IMG/VR virus record: IMGVR_UViG_3300011113_000649
Coordinates: 41,554-105,553 of that record
Origin: a virus
Length of the DNA: 64,000 nt
Direction: 5' to 3' (one strand)
Shown here: piece after piece, positions 10,623 through 20,032 of the stretch
How the letters are laid out: the number at the start of each line of letters is the position of its first letter
How positions within the stretch are numbered: the first letter of the stretch is position 1
The notes under the pieces: generated by a model
Database searches by the model: none
What the model was told of the DNA's origin: nothing
The model's input: only the letters and a program-made list of their open reading frames with translations
Made by a program: the position numbers and the translations under genes

Positions 10623-11004
10623 TTGCAGCCTCCACTAGAGTAATTACTTCATCATCCCTGAGGTTTTCTCCTACATCTAAAATAGAACTAAGCAACGAGG
10701 TTCCATATTTTTTATACTGATCATTAGACATTTGTTTACGAATAACTTTTTTAATTCTCAACTTGGTAAACCAACCTCTTTTGATAGAATATGACTTAAT
10801 TTCATCCCCGTATAAGTTGTATTTGTCTTGTGCTGATGACAGACTGAGATTTTTATTTTTGTTGCATTCTTGCAGAATTCTTATAAGGGTCAATGTTATA
10901 CTAATAATCATTAATATCGCCATAACACTGCCAAAGTTTTCTTCTTCTGGTATGTGTGATTCTTTTCTAATTTTCTCGGCTATGTTTTTTAAATTGTCGT
11001 TCAT
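10615..11004 (-). CDS. hypothetical single-pass membrane protein
   Basis: One hydrophobic helix; coupled ORF. Confidence 0.55.
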   Translation of the reverse strand: MNDNLKNIAEKIRKESHIPEEENFGSVMAILMIISITLTLIRILQECNKNKNLSLSSAQDKYNLYGDEIKSYSIKRGWFTKLRIKKVIRKQMSNDQYKKYGTSLLSSILDVGENLRDDEVITLVEAANV

Positions 11005-11312
11005 TTTTGATGTACTCTGGTTTTACATTCTGGTTTTAATATTACTGGTGGATGAATTACCTCAGAATCTTTGGTTTCTGGTTCACAATATCCACAATCA
11101 ACCATTTTGATGCCGTCTCCGCTTAAATATTTACCAGCACCCTTACAAACAGGACAGTTTTTTCTAGGATATTTTTTTTCTGTATCTATGTGTTTGCTTT
11201 TTATAATAGATCCAGCTAAAGTTACTGCTGCGGTTGTTGTGCCATTATAACCATAATCACTATGTGCAATAACAATAGAAGATATTAATATTAAACCAAG
11301 AATTTTATTCAT
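11001..11312 (-). CDS. secreted protein with CxxCxGxG Zn-binding motif
   Basis: Signal-like N-terminus; CPVCKGAG..CGYC. Confidence 0.55.
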   Translation of the reverse strand: MNKILGLILISSIVIAHSDYGYNGTTTAAVTLAGSIIKSKHIDTEKKYPRKNCPVCKGAGKYLSGDGIKMVDCGYCEPETKDSEVIHPPVILKPECKTRVHQK

Positions 11313-11466
11313 CTTGTTTTCTCCATCTTGGACGCCGTTTTTTATCTGGTTTGGGAAAATCTATTTCTTCTACGCTTTTTGGTGACAAGATTTTTATTAA
11401 ACTTAATATAAAACTAGAAATAATACTTAATAGTCTATTCAGAACGATCTTATCAATTATTTTCAT
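11305..11466 (-). CDS. small membrane-associated protein (53 aa)
   Basis: Manual ORF MKIIDKIVLNRLLSIISSFILSLIKIL..KKRRPRWRKQDE, overlapping both neighbours. Confidence 0.5.
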   Translation of the reverse strand: MKIIDKIVLNRLLSIISSFILSLIKILSPKSVEEIDFPKPDKKRRPRWRKQDE

Positions 11467-12389
11467 AAATAATCCTCAAAACCATAAGAGGGAAGTTTTT
11501 GAACAGGAAACCCATCAAAGTTGCTAAACGCATAAGCGCCATTTTGTTTAAGCATCCCTGCTGCTGTATCTGAATCAATTAAAAACGAACCATCTGGTAT
11601 TTTACCCCACGCTGGATGACCACCATCATTCCATTTACCCCAACTGTTTTGAATTAGAAATGCTAGTTCGCCATTAGTATCATCACAAGCTATCCAGGCC
11701 ATAGCATGGGCCCAACTTCCACTGACTTTTGCGAAACCCTTACTATCTCTTTTGTTACTAAATCCATAACTAGAACATACGGATAAGCCATATCCATTAG
11801 CTAAAGCATCTCTAGCTTCTTCTATAGTCGTAACCAAACTAACAGTTTTAATTTGATGGTCATTAGCTAAGTCTATAACCTTGTCAGGCAATCCTCTAGC
11901 ACCCCAACCTGCACCAAGATTTCCATTATATTTAGTAAAGTCAGCAACACCCCTATAGTCTTTTCTAACTAGAACCCCACCACTCTGGCTAACGAATGTA
12001 GCAGCTCTAGAGCAGCTCATGCCTTGTCCTCCGTGACCACGAGCGCCATAAATTCCTTCGGTTGCTCCTCGCGCTACCCAACTCTCTTTGTCTCTATGTA
12101 CATCAATTTCTACGGCTCTACTCACGTCTAAAGCATTTCGTGTTGCATGAGACACACAATCTCCAGTAGTTTGTCTTTCATTATAAGGGTTTTTATCAAA
12201 CTTTAAAACACTTTTATATGGGATGCTGAGTTTGCCTTTACCACTATTTTTTATTTTTTTAGCGCCGTCAGCAAAATATGCATATTTAGAACTCTCCATA
12301 AGTTCATCAAACATGTGTTGCTCCCACAAGCAACCCTGAAATCCTTTTTTATAATTTAGATAAAGATCATTTGGAGAAAATTTAGACAT
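11463..12389 (-). CDS. papain-like (C1) cysteine peptidase
   Basis: QTTGDCVS (oxyanion Q, catalytic C), AHAM (H), IQNSWG (N). Confidence 0.85.
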   Translation of the reverse strand: MSKFSPNDLYLNYKKGFQGCLWEQHMFDELMESSKYAYFADGAKKIKNSGKGKLSIPYKSVLKFDKNPYNERQTTGDCVSHATRNALDVSRAVEIDVHRDKESWVARGATEGIYGARGHGGQGMSCSRAATFVSQSGGVLVRKDYRGVADFTKYNGNLGAGWGARGLPDKVIDLANDHQIKTVSLVTTIEEARDALANGYGLSVCSSYGFSNKRDSKGFAKVSGSWAHAMAWIACDDTNGELAFLIQNSWGKWNDGGHPAWGKIPDGSFLIDSDTAAGMLKQNGAYAFSNFDGFPVQKLPSYGFEDYL

Positions 12390-12904
12390 TATTTGCTACC
12401 CTCATAAACGGCCCAGGCCAAAGCTCTAAACGCTTCAACAGCTTTTTTTCTTAATTCAGCATCTAGTGGGACTATATCATCACCAATTTGACTACCTATA
12501 ATAACCTGAGAAGCATCAGATAGTCCTGGATATTTATTTTTTATATTCATTCTCAACATTAAACCACCCAAAGAATTAGCTTGTCTAATTTCTTCTGTTG
12601 TTTTCACCACTTCGTTTTCACCATCAAGTTCTATAAGAGTAGCCAAATCCATATACAAATCAGATAGTCTTTGAGCATCTTGTGTTTTTTCTTTTAATGA
12701 GATATTTTTAAGAATATCAATTATTAATTTACATTTTGCCCTGAGATCAGAATTTTCTGGAGGAGTTATAATAACTATATTATCTACAACAACAGGTTTA
12801 TTAATTGGTAGATTAAAATTAGGTTTAGTAATTCCAATTAGTATTAATACAGCGGCTAAAATCCATAAAAAGTTTTTATTCATTGTTTTTCTTTCCACAT
12901 ACAT
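12389..12904 (-). CDS. membrane-anchored hypothetical protein
   Basis: N-terminal TM/signal; true start probably MNKNF. Confidence 0.55.
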   Translation of the reverse strand: MYVERKTMNKNFLWILAAVLILIGITKPNFNLPINKPVVVDNIVIITPPENSDLRAKCKLIIDILKNISLKEKTQDAQRLSDLYMDLATLIELDGENEVVKTTEEIRQANSLGGLMLRMNIKNKYPGLSDASQVIIGSQIGDDIVPLDAELRKKAVEAFRALAWAVYEGSK

Positions 12905-13289
12905 TAGGACTTAAATAAGGAAACATCTCATCAGCAACTTCCACCGCTTTATTACAGCCACACCTTAATGCTAGGTCTCTCGTTTCTTTCCATGAAACAA
13001 TGAGCTTAAAAAAAGAATTGTCAGGTTCTTCTTGGCTATTTTCTGCGATAGTTGTAGCCAAAACTAACGGAGCATTTGTTGAAACGGTAACGGCTGGGAC
13101 TACGGGCTTTGTTTCTTTTTTAGTCAAAATTCCTTTCACAGATTCTGCCAATAGGTTTATAGCGCCCTGAACTGGGCTTAGCTTGTCTTTAAAAAGAACC
13201 CATATTACAATGCCTATGCCAGCATAAAGCATCAAATCAGTTGAGCTTAAGCCTTTGCTAAATTCTTCAAAACTCTGAGTAAAATTCAT
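12876..13289 (-). CDS. membrane-anchored hypothetical protein
   Basis: One TM segment near the N-terminus. Confidence 0.55.
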   Translation of the reverse strand: MNFTQSFEEFSKGLSSTDLMLYAGIGIVIWVLFKDKLSPVQGAINLLAESVKGILTKKETKPVVPAVTVSTNAPLVLATTIAENSQEEPDNSFFKLIVSWKETRDLALRCGCNKAVEVADEMFPYLSPNVCGKKNNE

Positions 13290-13290
13290 A

Positions 13291-13707
13291 TCAAGCCTCT
13301 TTATTCATTTTTTTAAGAAAAACACCAGTATTTCTGAAAGTTGTCACTAGCGCATCTATTGTTGCGCCAACAAGTATCATCAAAAATGCTTTGACATACT
13401 TATGTATAATAGGCTCTAAAACATTAGGAACAACAGGAATATCCACAACAACAAACACGCTATCGTAGAACCTATTTAATAAATCCATAGCCAAAGCTTT
13501 TTTGTCTGAACTACTAATATCATGTCCTAATTTCTCTATTATTTGTATAACACTAGCTGTGGCTAATTGTAAAATCTTCCAAGCTTCACTTATCGCTAAT
13601 CTTTTTACTTCTGCTAGGCTGTTTTTTACGTTTAGTATTAGTTTGTCTACTTCTGCTCTTATTAGGTCTTGGCTCAATAGTGGTGTTACTGTTTTGATGT
13701 CGCTCAT
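13291..13707 (-). CDS. hypothetical protein
   Basis: Amphipathic helical ORF. Confidence 0.55.
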   Translation of the reverse strand: MSDIKTVTPLLSQDLIRAEVDKLILNVKNSLAEVKRLAISEAWKILQLATASVIQIIEKLGHDISSSDKKALAMDLLNRFYDSVFVVVDIPVVPNVLEPIIHKYVKAFLMILVGATIDALVTTFRNTGVFLKKMNKEA

Positions 13708-13948
13708 CTTCTGTTTCCTTTTCTTTGAACTGTTGTTTGATTTTTGTTCTACCGTTCACATATTTATATAAAATAATAAGTTGTCCACCTATTAATATAC
13801 ACGATTCTACACCATGAGATATGGTTGTGATAAGTTCTTCTTTTTGGCCATTATCTGTAATAAGACCAGTTAAATATAGTCCGCTAAATATAAAACTTAC
13901 TAAAGTAAACCAAAATTCACTAGTTCTATATCCTGGCTTAGGTTTCAT
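13586..13948 (-). CDS. putative holin-like membrane protein
   Basis: KPGYRTSEFW N-terminus, two TM segments, basic C-tail. Confidence 0.5.
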   Translation of the reverse strand: MKPKPGYRTSEFWFTLVSFIFSGLYLTGLITDNGQKEELITTISHGVESCILIGGQLIILYKYVNGRTKIKQQFKEKETEDERHQNSNTTIEPRPNKSRSRQTNTKRKKQPSRSKKISDK

Positions 13949-14142
13949 GCAGGGGAGTCTCCTGAATAGTATCTTGTGTCATCAAATCTAGCGTCATATT
14001 TATTTTGTATATCTGCGATAGTTGGTTGATTTGATACTGCTGTGTTCAAAGCGGAATATTCTCCAGTCCACGAACAAGTAACAACGGCTGTCCCGTTTTT
14101 TACTACCACACCACTAATTGCTGCCTGAATATCATTTGCCAT
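13945..14142 (-). CDS. hypothetical protein
   Basis: ORF with GGAG RBS. Confidence 0.55.
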   Translation of the reverse strand: MANDIQAAISGVVVKNGTAVVTCSWTGEYSALNTAVSNQPTIADIQNKYDARFDDTRYYSGDSPA

Positions 14143-14144
14143 AA

Positions 14145-14465
14145 TTAACTCCTATCTATTCTTTCTTCTAGAGCTTCTAGTGTTTTGCCTAAAGTAGCAA
14201 TTTGTATTTTTAGTTCATTCATAACCTCTATAACCTTTTGTAGAGTTATAGATAGAGCTGTTTGGGTTTCTTTGTTTATGGCTAATCTTTCCATAATAAA
14301 TTCACGATCTTTACAATATGGACTCTCGTGCTGAACCATATTACTAATCTCTTCTTTAGTAAGAATTTTTCTACCAACTCCAACCCAAAAGCCAACCAAA
14401 GTAACAATTATGCCAATACTAGCCGAAGCCACAGACTGCCAAAAATGTAGCATTGATTCATTCAT
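14145..14465 (-). CDS. TM plus coiled-coil protein (holin/XhlA-like architecture)
   Basis: N-terminal TM followed by a heptad C-terminus. Confidence 0.45.
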   Translation of the reverse strand: MNESMLHFWQSVASASIGIIVTLVGFWVGVGRKILTKEEISNMVQHESPYCKDREFIMERLAINKETQTALSITLQKVIEVMNELKIQIATLGKTLEALEERIDRS

Positions 14466-14486
14466 TTAAATTATTCCTTTATAAGT

Positions 14487-14520
14487 AAAAAGCCAAAAGA
14501 TACTAATTGCATCCTTGGCT
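14487..14520 (-). terminator. rho-independent terminator
   Basis: AGCCAAGGATGC-AATTA-GTATCTTTTGGCT stem followed by TTTT, downstream of 14552..15121. Confidence 0.65.
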
Positions 14521-14551
14521 TAATACTAGATTAAATTATATACAAATATAA

Positions 14552-15121
14552 TCAGTTGGTTTTGGCCTTATAATCATCAAGTTTTGGAATTGGACTACCT
14601 TGTAGATATACCAATTCGCCAGGAACAGATTTTGTTGGAGCAGCAGCTTGGTCTGTTGAAGTGGCGGAAGTAGCACCAGTGGAAATATTCCAAAATGCGT
14701 CTACAGCACCACTTGGAAAACCAGCTTCCCATTCTCCGCTATATTCATTCCACTTATTATTTCTAATAGCCGTTGTTGTTCTACGAGTTCTAACAACTTC
14801 TAGTTTATTAATACTTTTTGCGTTTGTGGTATCATTAGCACCACTACGTAAAAAGTTATTAGTAACGCCAGCTAAAGATGTTGTGACCTTAGGAGCTGTT
14901 GGAGTGGCATTGTTGTAAGCAAAAGTACCGGCAGATAAAGCCTTGTCAGCATCGGCATTATCAACTACTACGTTTGCATAAACACCGACCTGAGCGGCGG
15001 CTGTGGCTTGACTTCTAACAACGTTGGAAGATACGGTGCCATTAGCGGTCATAACGCCGCCATTATTAACTGTTGATGTTGCTGTTACAGCAGACGAACC
15101 ATTTTTTTGTACTGTGGCCAT
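14552..15121 (-). CDS. Ala/Thr/Asn-rich putative virion protein
   Basis: Composition, GGAG RBS, upstream GGTGTATA motif and downstream terminator. Confidence 0.5.
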   Translation of the reverse strand: MATVQKNGSSAVTATSTVNNGGVMTANGTVSSNVVRSQATAAAQVGVYANVVVDNADADKALSAGTFAYNNATPTAPKVTTSLAGVTNNFLRSGANDTTNAKSINKLEVVRTRRTTTAIRNNKWNEYSGEWEAGFPSGAVDAFWNISTGATSATSTDQAAAPTKSVPGELVYLQGSPIPKLDDYKAKTN

Positions 15122-15163
15122 TTGTTACTCCGTATTGAATTGCTAAAATCATGAATAACTTTT

Positions 15164-15171
15164 TATACACC
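15164..15171 (-). promoter_or_regulatory. GGTGTATA candidate phage (late) promoter motif
   Basis: Same motif recurs upstream of several genes (see findings). Confidence 0.45.
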
Positions 15172-15172
15172 A

Positions 15173-15841
15173 CTATTCTTTTTGTTGAGTTAAATTGAAT
15201 CTAAGAAAATTTTCTAATGCATGTAACGAGGTTGTTCTAAAGCCAAATAGGCCGGATTTTATGATAGTTTCAAAATGCTTATTCTGCCAAAAATTACCAG
15301 TGCAAATTATCTTTAGGTCTTTTGAGTTAGTATACAAAAATACAGACGCAAGTATATTATCTGCTAAATTATCTATAAAATAGCAGCTAGAAGGAAAAAC
15401 ATATTTTATGCCCATTTCTTCAAAAATTTCACAAGTTTTTTTTAAGCAAAAATGGTCAAATTTTCTATATTCTAGTATATATCTTACTGTAGCATTATGC
15501 GACTTAGAAATATCTACTATATTTTTGATATCATCTCTAATTTTATCGTATTTTCTATTTGCGGCCAAGACTTGAGGCATGCTAATATCTAGGGTATTAA
15601 ATCCTGCTTTTAATGCTTGATCGACCGCCGAACATCTGGTTTTAGCATCAGACACCCCCAAAGGATAATCTATCAAACAAGAAAAGTCATATCCTTCATT
15701 GATAAAAGGCTTAATAAGTTTAAAAAAATAATATGGCAGAGTGATGCTATTAACTAGATTATTCGATATAATATGTTTTAATAAGTCTCGAGCCTTAGAC
15801 TCGTTAATATCCGTATCAATAATAGCAAAATCAATATACAT
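15173..15841 (-). CDS. DeoC (deoxyribose-phosphate aldolase)-like protein, probably inactive
   Basis: IDYPLG..K..A..G..LD, VRYILE; catalytic KTSTG appears as FPSSC. Confidence 0.65.
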   Translation of the reverse strand: MYIDFAIIDTDINESKARDLLKHIISNNLVNSITLPYYFFKLIKPFINEGYDFSCLIDYPLGVSDAKTRCSAVDQALKAGFNTLDISMPQVLAANRKYDKIRDDIKNIVDISKSHNATVRYILEYRKFDHFCLKKTCEIFEEMGIKYVFPSSCYFIDNLADNILASVFLYTNSKDLKIICTGNFWQNKHFETIIKSGLFGFRTTSLHALENFLRFNLTQQKE

Positions 15842-16509
15842 TATATTTTTTTGATGTAGTTTTTGATGTAGTCTATGTTCGGAAATTTTTTACTACCAAG
15901 AATACCATCCGCAAAGCCATAATCAACAGCTTCTTCTGCTGTTAAGATCCAATCTCTTTTTGTTGCCAATTGTGTTACGATATGTTTTTTGGTCATCATT
16001 TTTTTCCAATTTTTTTCTTTACATATCCTACTAGACATACACCTTTCAGTAAATATATCTATCATCTTTTCGCTTTCTTTTTCACTCCAATGTATCATGC
16101 TCAATGCCGCTTTATGTTCATTATCTACGCTGATAGATCCATAATGGATTAAAAAATTTGCATTAGGACTAAGAATTCTTAAATCTGCTGCTTGTAATAA
16201 AACTGTACTACTAGATTCTACTTTTGCATATGCTACTATACACACAGGACTTTTGCTATTTTTAATATTATCATATATGCCGAGACAGTCTTGCCAATCT
16301 CCTCCAGGTAAATGCATGTGTACTAGTATTGGATCTAATGAAAGAGTATTAAGATATCTCAAATTTTTTTCAAAAGTTATAGCCGATCTGTAGTCTACAC
16401 CGGCTTCATTCTCTCCATCAAAATAAGAATGTAAGTATATTTCTCTATTATCTATGTCTATACTATGATTATGTATGTCGTAAAGAATATTGTTGTTTAC
16501 AGTTTCCAC
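15841..16509 (-). CDS. clpP: ClpP-family protease subunit
   Basis: REIYL, HLPGG, VESSS (Ser), PNANFLIH (His), RDWILTAEEAVDYGFADGIL (Asp). Confidence 0.85.
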   Translation of the reverse strand: METVNNNILYDIHNHSIDIDNREIYLHSYFDGENEAGVDYRSAITFEKNLRYLNTLSLDPILVHMHLPGGDWQDCLGIYDNIKNSKSPVCIVAYAKVESSSTVLLQAADLRILSPNANFLIHYGSISVDNEHKAALSMIHWSEKESEKMIDIFTERCMSSRICKEKNWKKMMTKKHIVTQLATKRDWILTAEEAVDYGFADGILGSKKFPNIDYIKNYIKKI

Positions 16510-16513
16510 ATTA

Positions 16514-17005
16514 TCACTTTTTTGTTAAATAATAGACAACATTATCAGTAATAGATCTCATAATTTCATTATCTACAAAACACTTACCTATACCAATTCT
16601 GAATCTATATCTAGTAAACACATCCAACAGTTCAACGCCATCACATTTTTCTATTATGTTTACTATTGGTTTAGATATGTTGAAATTTGTGTGACCCACC
16701 CAAAAATTAAAAATTTTACTAGATGCAGTGTGTTCGTTATAGGGTATTAGCCCTAGTGGAGATGATATAACTTTTATTGGCTTACTATTAGCTTTTATCA
16801 TCTCTTCTTCTAAGATCTCTTGGTCTTCGTCTAGCTCTAAATCATCATCATATTTATGCCACTTTAATTCGTCTGAATTTTCTCCAAACGGATCGTTCCA
16901 TTTTTCCCAAATAATTTTATGGTTTGTCATTATGTTTGATACCATTACTAAAGGCTGTTGGTTTAATATATGGTTCGGTTGTGTCTCCATATGATGTATT
17001 ATCAT
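16514..17005 (-). CDS. hypothetical protein
   Basis: FNFWVGHTNF..TRYRFRIGIG core; true start probably MTNHK. Confidence 0.6.
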   Translation of the reverse strand: MIIHHMETQPNHILNQQPLVMVSNIMTNHKIIWEKWNDPFGENSDELKWHKYDDDLELDEDQEILEEEMIKANSKPIKVISSPLGLIPYNEHTASSKIFNFWVGHTNFNISKPIVNIIEKCDGVELLDVFTRYRFRIGIGKCFVDNEIMRSITDNVVYYLTKK

Positions 17006-17306
17006 CTACTAGGTCTTGCCAAGCGACCATTACCTCTTTTACATAATGTTTGATTTTTGGATCTTGTTTGGATATGTCTATAAGAATATTTAATAAAGAA
17101 GTCATGTACTCACCAGAATTAATACCGAACAACATTTCTGCTAAACTGTCTATCGACTCGGGATCTGTATCAACAATATAAATTTTTGCATATGATTGGT
17201 TTGCTTCTACCCAAAAGGTTACTGTGTTGTGTTTGGGCAAAGATTCTTCTATATTATTTTTTTTCTTTTGATATTGACATAATTTGTTTAAAATAGATTT
17301 GATCAT
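16917..17306 (-). CDS. hypothetical protein
   Basis: Coupled ORF. Confidence 0.55.
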   Translation of the reverse strand: MIKSILNKLCQYQKKKNNIEESLPKHNTVTFWVEANQSYAKIYIVDTDPESIDSLAEMLFGINSGEYMTSLLNILIDISKQDPKIKHYVKEVMVAWQDLVDDNTSYGDTTEPYIKPTAFSNGIKHNDKP

Positions 17307-17692
17307 TTCAATCTTTGGGTAACCTCAAATAGTATATTGCTATATGGATTTGGTTCTTGATAAATAAATTCAAACCAACATGCCCCATTTCCTATGCTAT
17401 TTGTTTTGCTAGTTATAAAACCATAGATCATATTTAATGTATCTTCATTGTCTGAGATATATTTAGTATCTATATTAATAAGTTGAGGCAATAATTCTAT
17501 ATCATTAACATATATGTATTTTTTTAAATAATCAACAAGATATGTCTCAGTGTTTTTTAAAAAGTCACTATTACATACAAAGTTGGGAAACTGTATTTGA
17601 TCTTGAGATAAAGACAAGACAAACTGTTTATTGTTTGGAATATCTGTAGATAAGACAACGCATTGGATATTTACTGTATATTTATTGTGCAT
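17303..17692 (-). CDS. hypothetical protein
   Basis: Coupled ORF. Confidence 0.55.
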   Translation of the reverse strand: MHNKYTVNIQCVVLSTDIPNNKQFVLSLSQDQIQFPNFVCNSDFLKNTETYLVDYLKKYIYVNDIELLPQLINIDTKYISDNEDTLNMIYGFITSKTNSIGNGACWFEFIYQEPNPYSNILFEVTQRLK

Positions 17693-18338
17693 TTTTTAAA
17701 CCTCTGATTAAATCTAGGGCTTTATTTAAGCCTTGCCTAACAGCCTCTCTAGTAATACCGTACTTTTTACCAATTTTTTCAAATGTGTAATTCTCAAAAT
17801 AGTATAGTCGTATATAATCCTTTTGTCTATCTGAAAGATAGTCTATTGATAGTATATTATCAATTAATCCAGCTAATGAATCGGATTGTTCTTTTTCTAT
17901 CAGTTGTTCGTCTGGAGTTTTTGTATTGTGGTCTTTAATTAGTTCATAATTAGATAGTTCCATATCTTCGTTTTTAAAGTCTAGAGAATAAACATTTTTT
18001 ATATTTTTGGGCTTTTGATAAATTTTGCTAACATAAGTTTGGATAGCCCATAAAGCACATTGATTTCTATATGAATATTTAGTTTTTTTAGTTCCTTGTT
18101 TATTTGTATAGTTTTCATCCCATCTCCAATCAGCCATCATAATAGCATTAGCCACAGAAGATACTGCATCTTCATCTTTTAGCATCTTTTGAGATAGGCC
18201 ATTAAATATTGCATTAGCAAATTTAGAAATTGCTTTTTTGGCAAGTAACAAGTATACATCCAGGGTATCAAATTCTATTTCTGAATGATTCTTATAGGCG
18301 ATTTTTTGATTTCCAATTCCGTTGATCTGTAGCAACAT
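17682..18338 (-). CDS. phage sigma70-family RNA polymerase sigma factor
   Basis: Region 4 LSDRQKDYIRLYY..TFEKIGKKYGITREAVRQ; region 2-like KYSYRNQCALWAI. Confidence 0.85.
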   Translation of the reverse strand: MLLQINGIGNQKIAYKNHSEIEFDTLDVYLLLAKKAISKFANAIFNGLSQKMLKDEDAVSSVANAIMMADWRWDENYTNKQGTKKTKYSYRNQCALWAIQTYVSKIYQKPKNIKNVYSLDFKNEDMELSNYELIKDHNTKTPDEQLIEKEQSDSLAGLIDNILSIDYLSDRQKDYIRLYYFENYTFEKIGKKYGITREAVRQGLNKALDLIRGLKNAQ

Positions 18339-18385
18339 TATTTAAGGTTCCTTGGGTATTTAAATTAATAACATCTTCGATTAAA

Positions 18386-18589
18386 TTACGCGTATATTCT
18401 CAGCATCGATCTGGGGTTATCATCGTAGCCTATGATAATATTACCAGAATCTATTTTATCTATTTGTTTAGATAATATAAAGTCTATAGTTTGAATAAGT
18501 CTAATAATCGCCATGTCACCTACACAATAATAATGTAGATGAAGTAATCTCTGGACAAGCCAGTGTAAAAAATTTATATCCTCATCCAC
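18386..18589 (-). CDS. hypothetical protein
   Basis: GTG start with AGGA RBS; N-terminus resembles 42964..43275. Confidence 0.4.
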   Translation of the reverse strand: MDEDINFLHWLVQRLLHLHYYCVGDMAIIRLIQTIDFILSKQIDKIDSGNIIIGYDDNPRSMLRIYA

Positions 18590-18620
18590 AAAACTATTCC
18601 TATTTATCCAAATCTTATCT

Positions 18621-19322
18621 TTATTTAGTTAATCTTTGCCACTGTTCTGTTTGTGGTCTGTCTTTATCTCCAGGTTGTGCTGGGCGATATTTTTTTCCTT
18701 CTCGTTCTCTTTTCTTGCGAATATTTTCCCATAATCCTGGTCTAGTATTTTGTCCCATTGTTGTTGTAACGCCAGGATATTTTTTGTATTGATATTCATA
18801 ATGAGGCAAGTCTGATATTTTTACTTTTTTACGTTTTTTTGTTGTGTCGTTTTCTGGATTCACAACCGATTCTGTTTCTTCATAGTCATCGTCATCTGTC
18901 TCGACGAACATGACAAAATCATGGATACTTCTCAAATGATCCTCTGCAACCGCAATCATACCTTGAAGATGTGGTGCTGTCAAATTTTCTTTTACCATAG
19001 GACTATCTAAGTAATCCAGTATATCTTTGGCATGACTCATTATTGCTCTTAATGAGCCAACACTCATATCATAATAACTTTTTTTGTATTCTGATTCTTC
19101 TTCTTTTTCTTCATCTTCTTCTGGCATATCATTAGATAGCAAGCTTAATCTATCGTCTTCATATTCATTTTCGGGATATACATCATCTTCTTGTTCATAA
19201 TCACAACCACAACTATCTGCTTTAGTGGTTTTTAATTCTGTTTTTTCTTGGGTGTCGTGTGTTTTGTGAGTAGCATTTACTGCGTCTTTAATACCGTTGA
19301 GTATATCATTAAATCTGGTCAT
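18621..19322 (-). CDS. acidic hypothetical protein with basic PGLWENIRKK tail
   Basis: Long ORF; the tail motif is common in phage proteins. Confidence 0.6.
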   Translation of the reverse strand: MTRFNDILNGIKDAVNATHKTHDTQEKTELKTTKADSCGCDYEQEDDVYPENEYEDDRLSLLSNDMPEEDEEKEEESEYKKSYYDMSVGSLRAIMSHAKDILDYLDSPMVKENLTAPHLQGMIAVAEDHLRSIHDFVMFVETDDDDYEETESVVNPENDTTKKRKKVKISDLPHYEYQYKKYPGVTTTMGQNTRPGLWENIRKKREREGKKYRPAQPGDKDRPQTEQWQRLTK

Positions 19323-19363
19323 TATAGTATTTCCCTAATATGTTTGTAGTTAATTAAATTATA

Positions 19364-20032
19364 TTACCAAGCTTTACAAGACCAATATCTTGCTTTCCAT
19401 TTGGGGCCTGGATTGTCACAATTGTGTCTGGCTCTGAAACTTTTGCGACGTTCTGGAATGTTTTTTTTAATTTTCATGTTTGGATCACCAAATCTGACTA
19501 TCACAATGTTGCCACTCTCATTCTTTGTATAAACTGCAAATTTTTTAGGTCCGCTAGGAGTCCTAAAAGGTTTATTTAAGGTTACTTTACGACCCTGATA
19601 TTCTGCTGCTTTTGCTTCTCCATCAAATCGAAGATATCTATTATTTTTTCTATAGTTACCCTTTTTTTCAAAATAAAACAACTCGTTAGTAACCGGATCT
19701 AAATATTGATATTTTGCAATTGATGATACGTCTAAAATTTCCGTTTCTTCACCCATATCCTCATAGTCTATATCATTTGGAACAATGAGATTATTAGCAG
19801 ACAGTAATTCTGCTTCGGTTTCACAGTTATCACACTCATAGGACATTGAGAAACCCAGTATATCTAATACATAGTCCAATAATCCAGCTTTGTTCTTTTT
19901 GCGTGTCTGTCCCAAACAAATAGCTACTCGTTGTTGAGTATTAGGATAGTCTTTTTTCATGGTTTCGTTGCTCATACAACGACCAATGAATTTTTGTCTA
20001 TCTTCGTTTGGTTTTTTTTCTGGGATTGGCAT
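19364..20032 (-). CDS. conserved phage protein (RFGDP..RRKSFRARHNC..ARYWSC domain)
   Basis: C-terminal domain of a type widespread in large phages. Confidence 0.65.
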   Translation of the reverse strand: MPIPEKKPNEDRQKFIGRCMSNETMKKDYPNTQQRVAICLGQTRKKNKAGLLDYVLDILGFSMSYECDNCETEAELLSANNLIVPNDIDYEDMGEETEILDVSSIAKYQYLDPVTNELFYFEKKGNYRKNNRYLRFDGEAKAAEYQGRKVTLNKPFRTPSGPKKFAVYTKNESGNIVIVRFGDPNMKIKKNIPERRKSFRARHNCDNPGPKWKARYWSCKAW

